Below, one piece after another: positions 48,202 through 55,526 of a stretch of 55,526 bases of DNA. Within the stretch, counting starts at the first letter, position 1; every line of letters starts with the position of its first letter. The notes under the pieces are model-generated. The model did not search any database. It worked only from the letters and a program-made list of their open reading frames with translations, and was not told where the DNA came from. Origin of the DNA: Methanobacteriota archaeon (GTDB lineage: Archaea > Thermoplasmatota > Poseidoniia > Poseidoniales > Thalassarchaeaceae); the NCBI GenBank assembly GCA_002708695.1, contig PAOZ01000044.1:1-55526 (forward strand), given 5' to 3'. Position numbers and translations under genes: made by a program.

Positions 48202-49962
48202 TCAACTATTATTTTCAATCAATTCTAGAATAGTTTGTTTGTTAATTTGAATTTGAGGAGTCCCTTCTCTCCATCCCAATTCTCCATGATGTACAATCAA
48301 TTTATCTCCAATGTTGAGGGATTCAAAGGCCCTAGAACGATTCGAACCAAAAGCGGCAATTTCGATTACACCAGTTCCATCCCAAAGGTGAATTGAACGA
48401 ATTGTCCAGGGGCGACCGTTATTGGATATACCCTGATTTTTACCCATGGACACAACTTGACCCGAAACACTCGCTCTTGTGGGAATTAATCCTAATCTCG
48501 TCCAATTTTCATTATCGTGATAATTTACCAATTTGGTTTTACTATCTAGGAAAAGATGAGGAGTTCCTCTGAAAATACCCGGATTGGCATTGATAATTCC
48601 TATTTCTCCAATCCAATTTTCAGGATTTACTACTCCCTCTTCAGTTTCTTCAATTGTAATCCTAGTGTTTCCAGCTTTGAGAGTAGCAACTCTGACTAAT
48701 TCTCCGTATGAATTCTCCATATCGTGCCAAATATTATCTATAGAACCTCTTACTGAGAGCCTAGAAGGTAAATTATTTATGGTAATTACATTTTCTGGAA
48801 TTTCGAATTCCATGGGTGGAAGGAATTGTCTTGTAGCCCTATTTTTCGGATCGGTTGAATATCCACAAACTTCGAGTCCCTTACAATGTGGACAATGTAA
48901 CGGATGCCCTTCTGGCGTTCCATTATTAGATAACCAACTCCAATCTTGTTCTTGCACTTTTTCCATTTCGTCTCTTATTGCCATTAGACGCAACTTTTCT
49001 GAATCCATCTCCGATTCAGAAAGGATTGGAATTTCATGAATATGTCCGTCTAGCAGAAACCACCCTGCCAATGAGTCAACTTGTTGTTCATCGGGAGAAC
49101 GAGTTTGATTCCACAGCCAATGGTAGAAATTGACTTGAACTTCTAAGTTAGGTTGTGGTTTTCCTTTACCCATGCCTGATTTAATGTCAACAATTGTAGC
49201 ATTTTCTCTCCACCTGTGGACTAAATCCATTTCTCCTGATGCCCAACCTTCTGGGTGATGAATACGTTGTGCTGAAGAGATTCTTGGATCTTTCATCCAT
49301 GGTCTAGAAATTTCCCATGCTTCCCACCATGAAATTTCCTCTCCATGCTCAAGAAATCCCAGTGAAGATTTTTCTCCTGGTGCGGATTTCCATCTGGGTG
49401 CAACTGTTTCAAACGGATCACCATTTTTTCTAAATTTTTCAAGATGTGGCCCACCTCCTGATTCAAGACATTTTGAAGCTTCAGAAATTTGCATTTCTAA
49501 TGCTGCTCCGATTTGTTTTTGAATTGTCTCAATTTCAATATCTTCTGCGCTTTTACCTTTCATTTTCCAAGAGGTTTTTTCCCACTCAATCAAAAAATTA
49601 CTGTATACGTTTTCCGCTAGTGCTGGAATTAGTGAAGATAACCATTTTTGTATTCCTTCTAAAGAATCTATTTTTTCTGTTTCAACTTCATCATGGTTTT
49701 GATTTTCTTGGTATTTCAAGAATGAAGCAACACCATGTGGCAATGATCCATCATTTGGGGGGCTTTCCATTAGTAAACCAACTACTGCATCTTCAAGCAA
49801 AATGCCAAGAATCATGCTTGGTCTAACTGCTCCTCTCAAGCCTATTTTTCTTTTCACCATCCATGATCTTGGACATCTTTGCCAATTCACTAATGAACTT
49901 CCACTAAGCCTATTTCTTTTTCTTCTTCCAGCACCGCCAAATGGAGGGTTATTTACTGGCAT
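48202..49962 (-). CDS. PD-(D/E)XK (Cas4/AddB-like) nuclease fused to two OB folds, paralog A
   Basis: LSGSSL..WQRCPRSW, GEMDLV, IVDIKSG, QVNFY, CPHCKGLEVC; OB-like RASVSGQV...LWDGTGVIEI. GAGGTGA RBS overlapping the ABCE1 stop region. Confidence 0.82.
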   Translation of the reverse strand: MPVNNPPFGGAGRRKRNRLSGSSLVNWQRCPRSWMVKRKIGLRGAVRPSMILGILLEDAVVGLLMESPPNDGSLPHGVASFLKYQENQNHDEVETEKIDSLEGIQKWLSSLIPALAENVYSNFLIEWEKTSWKMKGKSAEDIEIETIQKQIGAALEMQISEASKCLESGGGPHLEKFRKNGDPFETVAPRWKSAPGEKSSLGFLEHGEEISWWEAWEISRPWMKDPRISSAQRIHHPEGWASGEMDLVHRWRENATIVDIKSGMGKGKPQPNLEVQVNFYHWLWNQTRSPDEQQVDSLAGWFLLDGHIHEIPILSESEMDSEKLRLMAIRDEMEKVQEQDWSWLSNNGTPEGHPLHCPHCKGLEVCGYSTDPKNRATRQFLPPMEFEIPENVITINNLPSRLSVRGSIDNIWHDMENSYGELVRVATLKAGNTRITIEETEEGVVNPENWIGEIGIINANPGIFRGTPHLFLDSKTKLVNYHDNENWTRLGLIPTRASVSGQVVSMGKNQGISNNGRPWTIRSIHLWDGTGVIEIAAFGSNRSRAFESLNIGDKLIVHHGELGWREGTPQIQINKQTILELIENNS

Positions 49963-49972
49963 CTTTTCACCT

Positions 49973-51739
49973 CTATGATGAATAAAAATATTCTCCAGAT
50001 GACTTTTGTTCTCGATCTTTCCTACTATCTGGTTTGTTGATTCTAGGTCTCTTAGAATCTTGGTCTCTTCTGAATGTAATTCCTACATTCTTCAGGAATC
50101 GATTCATCCCATTTCTTAGATGGAGTGGGCCGATTGCCTTTCCATTTACTCCACCTTCTCCTTCAAAGACTAGAAGTGAATCACTAACAATGTCGATGAA
50201 GTAAATATCATGATCTATTACCATTGCAGCTTTTTCTTTCGATACCATTGTTCTTCGAATAGCCTTTGCTGCTTCCATTCTAGCATTTGCATCTAAATGG
50301 GCAGATGGTTCATCTAGGAGGTAAATATCTGCATCTTTTCCCAAACAGAGAACAATCCATACGGCTTGTAATTCCCCGCCCGATAATTTTCTTGCTTGAA
50401 GTTCAAGGAGTTGATGTACATTTAATGGCCTTACAACCTTTGTTTGAAATTCTCCTGAGTGCCATGCTCTTCCTAATTCAGTATCTAACCATTCGCGTAC
50501 TGTTCCATCGAAATTTGCTTTAACGTGTTGTGGTTTGTATGAAACTTTAGCATCCATTGTAGTCCATCCACTGTCTGCTTCAATTTCTCCAGCCAACATT
50601 TTCACCATGGTTGTTTTACCAGTTGCATTTGGTCCAACAACTCCAACAACTTCTGCAGAATGAACGGTACCATCTTCGGTATTTAGAGTGAATTCTCCTA
50701 GATTTTTCACTAAGTCTCCCCATTTAAGAATAGGATCTCCAATTTCTTCTGAACGAATTCTACCTGTATGGAAGTTAATTGGTTTGTCTCTAATTCTCAT
50801 ATTTTGTTCAACAAGGTGCCCATCTAAGTAGGCGTTTATTGCAACCCTAGTTGCTCTTGAGGGAGTAAATATTCCATAACCTGCTCTTTCCCCATATACA
50901 ATGTGGACTTGGTCGCACAGAACGTCTAGAATTGCTAGATCGTGTTCAACAACAAGCACCCTTCGACCCATTTCTGCTAAGGATTGAATGATTTTAGTCA
51001 CTCTCATTCTTTCATGAATATCAAGGTAAGAAGTTGCTTCATCAAAGAAATACACATCCGCTTCTTTGAGTAAAGTTGCACATATCGCCACACGTTGTAG
51101 TTCTCCACCTGATAAATCACCAAGTTTACGATCCATAAGGTGAGTAATTCCCATTTCATTGGCCCATTTTTCTACTTCGTTGCGTTCATCTACTCTTTCC
51201 AAAAGTTCGCTAACAATTCCATCGAAAATCTTTGGTAGTTTGTCAACATACTGTGGTTTTACTGCAACTTTAACTCCTGATTCGGCTACTTTTTCTAGAT
51301 AATCTCTTAGTTCTCCTTTGGGATAATTTTCGATAATTTCATCCCATTCCTTTTCCTCTCTCCAATCTCCAAGATTTGGTTTGAGAGCTCCTGAAAGAAT
51401 CTGGACAGCGGTTGATTTTCCCATTCCATTTTGTCCAAGAATTCCAATAACTGCTTCTTCTCTAGGGGTAGGTAATCGAAAAACTCTGAAACCATTCTCT
51501 CCAAAACAATGAGTTAAATCCGTATCGAGTTCTTGGGGGATATTGATCAAAATTACAGCATCTCCAGGGCAATGTTTTGCTCTGTTAAGGCAGACTGGAC
51601 AAGCCGTCTCTAGAATCTTACATTTTTTGTCTACCACTTGAATACATTCGCTACCACACATTCCTGCATATTTTTGTAAATAAGCGAAAGCAGGCATGTT
51701 TGGAGCACACCTGTCTTCAAGTAAAACTGCAACCCGCAT
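49973..51739 (-). CDS. rli: Ribosome recycling ATPase ABCE1 (RLI)
   Basis: Two NBDs (GQNGMGKST/LSGGELQ/FFDE and GPNATGKTT/LSGGELQ/LLDEP), VKPQY, C-terminal ITFRRD...RPRINK.DS..DREQK..GEYFY. Confidence 0.96.
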   Translation of the reverse strand: MRVAVLLEDRCAPNMPAFAYLQKYAGMCGSECIQVVDKKCKILETACPVCLNRAKHCPGDAVILINIPQELDTDLTHCFGENGFRVFRLPTPREEAVIGILGQNGMGKSTAVQILSGALKPNLGDWREEKEWDEIIENYPKGELRDYLEKVAESGVKVAVKPQYVDKLPKIFDGIVSELLERVDERNEVEKWANEMGITHLMDRKLGDLSGGELQRVAICATLLKEADVYFFDEATSYLDIHERMRVTKIIQSLAEMGRRVLVVEHDLAILDVLCDQVHIVYGERAGYGIFTPSRATRVAINAYLDGHLVEQNMRIRDKPINFHTGRIRSEEIGDPILKWGDLVKNLGEFTLNTEDGTVHSAEVVGVVGPNATGKTTMVKMLAGEIEADSGWTTMDAKVSYKPQHVKANFDGTVREWLDTELGRAWHSGEFQTKVVRPLNVHQLLELQARKLSGGELQAVWIVLCLGKDADIYLLDEPSAHLDANARMEAAKAIRRTMVSKEKAAMVIDHDIYFIDIVSDSLLVFEGEGGVNGKAIGPLHLRNGMNRFLKNVGITFRRDQDSKRPRINKPDSRKDREQKSSGEYFYSS

Positions 51740-51798
51740 TTTTTCATCTCCTATGTCTTCACTATTGGTAATTACCTGCCAAATCAGGGCTCAGAGGT

Positions 51799-53037
51799 TC
51801 AAAAGAATGTTAAGAATCTATGGCGGATGTATAGACTCAAAGCGAGTGTGATTTTCTCTGCTTTATTTAATCGGATTCGTTCAGAGAAAACATCACCTTC
51901 AACTCGATTTATCTTTTTTAGAATAGAACGATATAGCCCCATCATAATCGCTGGACTATACCTCATTTTTGGTTTTAGCATTGGAAGTAATCCCAATGCT
52001 CTGTCCCTATATACCTCAATTCTTTCAATAAATTCTTTGACAAATGGATTCCATCCAGGATGGTCTTTTAGTTTTCCTTCAAGAACATCTTCAGGTTTAA
52101 TTCCATGTCTCGCTAAGTCATCTATCGGAAGATATATTCTTCCACGATCAGCATCTTCTTGTACATCTCTCAATATGTTTACCAATTGCATGAAAACTCC
52201 CCAAGCTTCTGCATGCTCGCGTGCGGCTGCATCTTCATATCCATATATCTCAATACAAACTAGACCAACTGTAGATGCAACCCTGTAACAGTATTTGTAT
52301 AAATCTTCAAAAGTTTCGTATCTATCTCTGAAGAAATCGTCTTCCATTCCAGTGATTAAATCGTCCATATGTATCTTTGGAATTCCGAATCTTTGAACTG
52401 TATCTTTTAGTGCTAAGAATATAGGATCTGTGGAGGCAAGATCATTATACGCAGTTGACAATTTCTTCCTAAAGAAGTATAGTTGAGCCATCTTATCCAT
52501 GAAACTATGTCTATCTACCACAGGGACTCGTTGAATCATCTCTTCTAGTCTGGCGATGTATTCTTTTGCTTCTGGATCTTCAGCTCCATCAGAGCCAGGA
52601 AATAAGTCTCTGTAATCTCCATCAGCAATATCATCCGCTCTTCTGCAAAATGCATAATATGCGCACATTGCTCTTCGCTGTTCGTCAGGGAGATATTTGA
52701 AGGAATGGTAAAAGTTTGCTGCTTCTCGAATTGTGAGCGCTTCACAGTAGTCATAGGAAGTGTTGACAATAAATGGAGGAATTTCCTTTTCGGACCAGAC
52801 TGGGGCATCTATACTATCAAATGGATTGGATAGCACTTCTCCAGATTTTGTAACTCCCATAAATTTGGCAGATGCACGTAGAGCATCAAATGCAGTAACA
52901 CTTACTGCACGGACTGCTTCAGAGGTAAGTTCAACTGCTGATCTTAATGAGCGTATGCCTTGCTCATCTCGATTTTCATTTTCTAGAGGGGCTTCAATAG
53001 TGGTCTTTGATGCCACCTGACGTACCGTCTCGCCCAT
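51799..53037 (-). CDS. Phytoene/presqualene-diphosphate synthase (CrtB/HpnD-like) with N-terminal extension
   Basis: NFYHSF..LP..RRAM..YYAFCRRADDIAD, YCYRVASTVG, MQLVNILRDVQED..RGRIYLP. Confidence 0.88.
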   Translation of the reverse strand: MGETVRQVASKTTIEAPLENENRDEQGIRSLRSAVELTSEAVRAVSVTAFDALRASAKFMGVTKSGEVLSNPFDSIDAPVWSEKEIPPFIVNTSYDYCEALTIREAANFYHSFKYLPDEQRRAMCAYYAFCRRADDIADGDYRDLFPGSDGAEDPEAKEYIARLEEMIQRVPVVDRHSFMDKMAQLYFFRKKLSTAYNDLASTDPIFLALKDTVQRFGIPKIHMDDLITGMEDDFFRDRYETFEDLYKYCYRVASTVGLVCIEIYGYEDAAAREHAEAWGVFMQLVNILRDVQEDADRGRIYLPIDDLARHGIKPEDVLEGKLKDHPGWNPFVKEFIERIEVYRDRALGLLPMLKPKMRYSPAIMMGLYRSILKKINRVEGDVFSERIRLNKAEKITLALSLYIRHRFLTFF

Positions 53038-53116
53038 CTGAATCGAGTTGAACAGACTGCTGTCCTATATCAAAGGGTGCGATTGTCGCTTAGTTTCTTT
53101 TGATTCGGCTAACATT

Positions 53117-54127
53117 CTATTTTTTCCGATTTTTTTTCAGTAGACGGCGTGTTCCACCAGGGGTAATTGAACCAATAATTGCAGAAGTCATTAATCTCTT
53201 GACAGTTTTTCTTGGAACTTTAACTGGTTCATTTGAATCAAGAACATTGTTCGTGCGAAGTAGATTTACAGTTTGTTGACCAATTAGGATTGGTAATAGA
53301 CATGCAATTTTTAGTCTTATTTGTCGTTTTGGCAACATCAGAATGTATTGTTCAGCGGCATCGATATGTCCTTGCGTAATATCAAGTAGAGATTGATATA
53401 CGGGTGAAAATTTTTCATAATTAGATGCATCAAGTAATTGGCTAGGCTCTAGATTCACATCTTCTAATAGTGGTTTGGGGATGTAGCATCGTCCGAATGA
53501 TAGATCCTCTGGGATGTCTCTCAGGATATTTATCATCTGTAGGGCTTTTCCAAATCTAATGCCATGTTCAAACATTATTTCACTGGTGGGTCCATCAACA
53601 GATACAATATGGGCTAAAGTCATGGTGGTCCAAAATTCCCCAACACAACCAGCAACACGATATGCATAATCATCCAATTCTTTTTCATTTTCTAAGGAAG
53701 AAATTTTATCAGAATCATTTGCTGGGCCAAATCTTTGGAGATCTAGAGTTTGTCCACTGATTATTATTTTAAGACAGCGACGCATATGTATTCTATCATT
53801 TTCGGAAATTGAATTGAATGCATTAAGTGGTATGTCGACATTCTCGAGGAGTTCTTTTTCAGAGGGGTTTGTTTGTAAAGAAGAAAGGTGCGACAAATCG
53901 CCCATTTCTTCGCCATCGTGACTGGTTACTCTGTCCCAAGCCTCCAATGCACTAAGAAGTAAATCCACTTCTCCAGTTTTTGAATCTGCAATTGTGTCTG
54001 CTACTCTAGCTAGCAGATATAGAAGGCCAACTTGTTTTCGAATAGACTTGGGTAGAACTTTTAGGGTAAGGAAGAACGACCGTGAAGTCTGTTCTAACAG
54101 AGTATCAGCAGATGAGTCAATCAGCAT
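53117..54127 (-). CDS. Squalene-synthase-like head-to-head prenyltransferase
   Basis: TSRSF, YLLARVADTIAD, YAYRVAGCVGEFWT, FGKALQMINILRDIPED..GRCYIP. Confidence 0.85.
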   Translation of the reverse strand: MLIDSSADTLLEQTSRSFFLTLKVLPKSIRKQVGLLYLLARVADTIADSKTGEVDLLLSALEAWDRVTSHDGEEMGDLSHLSSLQTNPSEKELLENVDIPLNAFNSISENDRIHMRRCLKIIISGQTLDLQRFGPANDSDKISSLENEKELDDYAYRVAGCVGEFWTTMTLAHIVSVDGPTSEIMFEHGIRFGKALQMINILRDIPEDLSFGRCYIPKPLLEDVNLEPSQLLDASNYEKFSPVYQSLLDITQGHIDAAEQYILMLPKRQIRLKIACLLPILIGQQTVNLLRTNNVLDSNEPVKVPRKTVKRLMTSAIIGSITPGGTRRLLKKNRKK

Positions 54128-54254
54128 GGCCTCACTCTCACTTAATCAGGAGTGGCATTTGTTATTGACACTGTAGGGTCATTTGACTAATAAATTCACA
54201 TCATTTGGGGCGAATTAATGAAGAAGCCTCTACTCGACGGGTTGAGCGGTTGCT

Positions 54255-55526
54255 ATGCAGTGCGGAACTTGTGGCGAGGAGATTCCTAGCGATTCCCTAT
54301 TTTGTCCAGAGTGTGGGGCTCGTCAGAACGCTAGCGGCGGAGACATGCAAACTCCTCCTGCCCCTGTTCCTGAACCAGTTAGTGAAACCCCAATGGACCC
54401 ATCCGCATTTCAACAAACTGTCAATGCTCAAGGAATGATGGGTCAAGGACAAATTCAGCCCAACCAAATAGATCCTCAAAGGGGTGCCCAGAATTTCCTA
54501 TCGTCTCTTGCAGCAGATATGACTGGCCAACCATCTCCTTCTCCTCAACCTGACCCTTCACGTTCAGCACAGGATTTGGTTGTAGATGCTATGGCTGAAG
54601 CAGATAGGGAGAAAAAGGCGAATGCTCGTTCTGCTTGGCTTTCGATGAATCAACAAAGCGCTTCTGATTTACTTAATGCCGTTGGTGCTGTTCAAGGCGC
54701 TCCTAACATTGATCGTTCTTCTACTTCATTAGATGAAGTAGAGCCATTCAATCCACCTCCACAAAATCGTGTATCTTCTTCTACAAATTTACCCTCAGAC
54801 ACACTAGTAAGGAGGATGGTAGAGGTAGCTGTTCGTCGAGTTGGTAGGAAGAGAGGAGTAGGTGTTGAAACTCCTCAAGTAAAGGCAGAAGGGTCTGTTA
54901 TTAGAGTAAATGTAACCTACATTGATGATGGCCGTGTTTTGGATAATCCTCCAGAACTTCATGGGGCGTTTGAACATGCAATTGATACTGAAATCCGTCT
55001 AAAGGGGTACGATGTAGATTTACTACTTGCGTTATTCCGTAGTAAGGATGGTGAAATTTCCTTTTCTTGGGGAGAGGAGCCAGATACTGCTGCTGTTGAA
55101 GATGATGAAGAAATATTCGAATGCGGAGCTTGTGGAGGATTAGTTCGCGATAGTGACCCCTCTTGTCCAACTTGCGGTGCTGAATTCCTTGATGAAGATG
55201 AAGAAGAGCCTGAGCCAGAACCATCTCCTAGAGGGGGCCCATCCGGAGGCCCTAGGGGTCCTAGCCGAGGCGGCCCACCTGGGGGCCCCAAGGGTCCCAG
55301 CCGAGGAGGTCCATCTGGAGGAGGCCCTAGAGGTCCTAGCCGAGGAGGTCCATCTGGAGGAGGCCCCAAGGGTCCTAGCCGAGGAGGTCCACCTGGAGGC
55401 CCTAAGGGTCCTAGTCGAGGCGGTCCACCTGGAGGCCCTAAGGGTCCTAGTCGAGGCGGTCCACCTGGGGGCCCTAAGGGTCCTAGTCGAGGCGGTCCAC
55501 CTGGGGGCCCTAAGGGTCCTAGTAGA
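54255..55526 (+). CDS. Double zinc-ribbon protein with long RGG/Pro-rich repeat tail (runs off the window end)
   Basis: Not in the ORF track because there is no stop. MQCGTCGEEIPSDSLFCPECGARQ..., later FECGACGG...CPTCGAEF, an acidic patch, then repeats; 424 open codons to the edge. Confidence 0.85.
   Translation, partial: MQCGTCGEEIPSDSLFCPECGARQNASGGDMQTPPAPVPEPVSETPMDPSAFQQTVNAQGMMGQGQIQPNQIDPQRGAQNFLSSLAADMTGQPSPSPQPDPSRSAQDLVVDAMAEADREKKANARSAWLSMNQQSASDLLNAVGAVQGAPNIDRSSTSLDEVEPFNPPPQNRVSSSTNLPSDTLVRRMVEVAVRRVGRKRGVGVETPQVKAEGSVIRVNVTYIDDGRVLDNPPELHGAFEHAIDTEIRLKGYDVDLLLALFRSKDGEISFSWGEEPDTAAVEDDEEIFECGACGGLVRDSDPSCPTCGAEFLDEDEEEPEPEPSPRGGPSGGPRGPSRGGPPGGPKGPSRGGPSGGGPRGPSRGGPSGGGPKGPSRGGPPGGPKGPSRGGPPGGPKGPSRGGPPGGPKGPSRGGPPGGPKGPSR
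55230..55526 (+). repeat. GC-rich coding tandem repeat, 8 units of 36/39 bp encoding RGGP(P/S)GG(G)P(K/R)GPS
   Basis: Units read directly from the sequence; the last four are nearly identical at DNA level. Confidence 0.92.

Noticed and set aside
46318-49962. CRISPR-Cas adaptation locus (cas4)
   Set aside because: No repeat-spacer array, cas1 or cas2 in the window, and the proteins are about three times Cas4 length with OB-like extensions.
55230-55526. CRISPR array or collagen-like repeat
   Set aside because: Units are contiguous with no unique spacers, are multiples of 3, vary mainly at synonymous positions, and do not keep a strict Gly-X-Y period.

Overview
Gene-dense chromosomal segment from an archaeon. 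The archaeal information-processing genes (rpl37e, rpl44e-rps27e-eif2a-nop10-PAC2, archaeal TyrRS, ABCE1, SAMP, tRNA-Ser) occur with gyrB, several bacterial-type enzymes and large secreted PKD/TSP3/RCC1 proteins. This combination suggests Marine Group II (Ca. Poseidoniales); the assignment is inferred from gene content only. I found no CRISPR array, transposase, integrase or rRNA. The strongest candidate for an undescribed system is a tandem pair of paralogous Cas4/AddB-like PD-(D/E)XK nucleases, each fused to two RPA-like OB folds and lacking any helicase or CRISPR context. The pair lies directly behind an ABCE1 gene whose Fe-S domain has lost four of its eight canonical cysteine ligands. Other points of interest: a recurring loss of cofactor ligands (Fe-S-free PurF, Zn-free L44e, GcvH-like protein without the lipoyl lysine), a membrane-anchored Smr/HEAT/M61 peptidase operon, a Tmk-wHTH fusion, a minimal SerK-like protein, two head-to-head prenyl synthases, a GNA-triloop hairpin before gyrB, and repeated zero-gap convergent stop codons. 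All family assignments come from motif recognition by eye; no searches were run.
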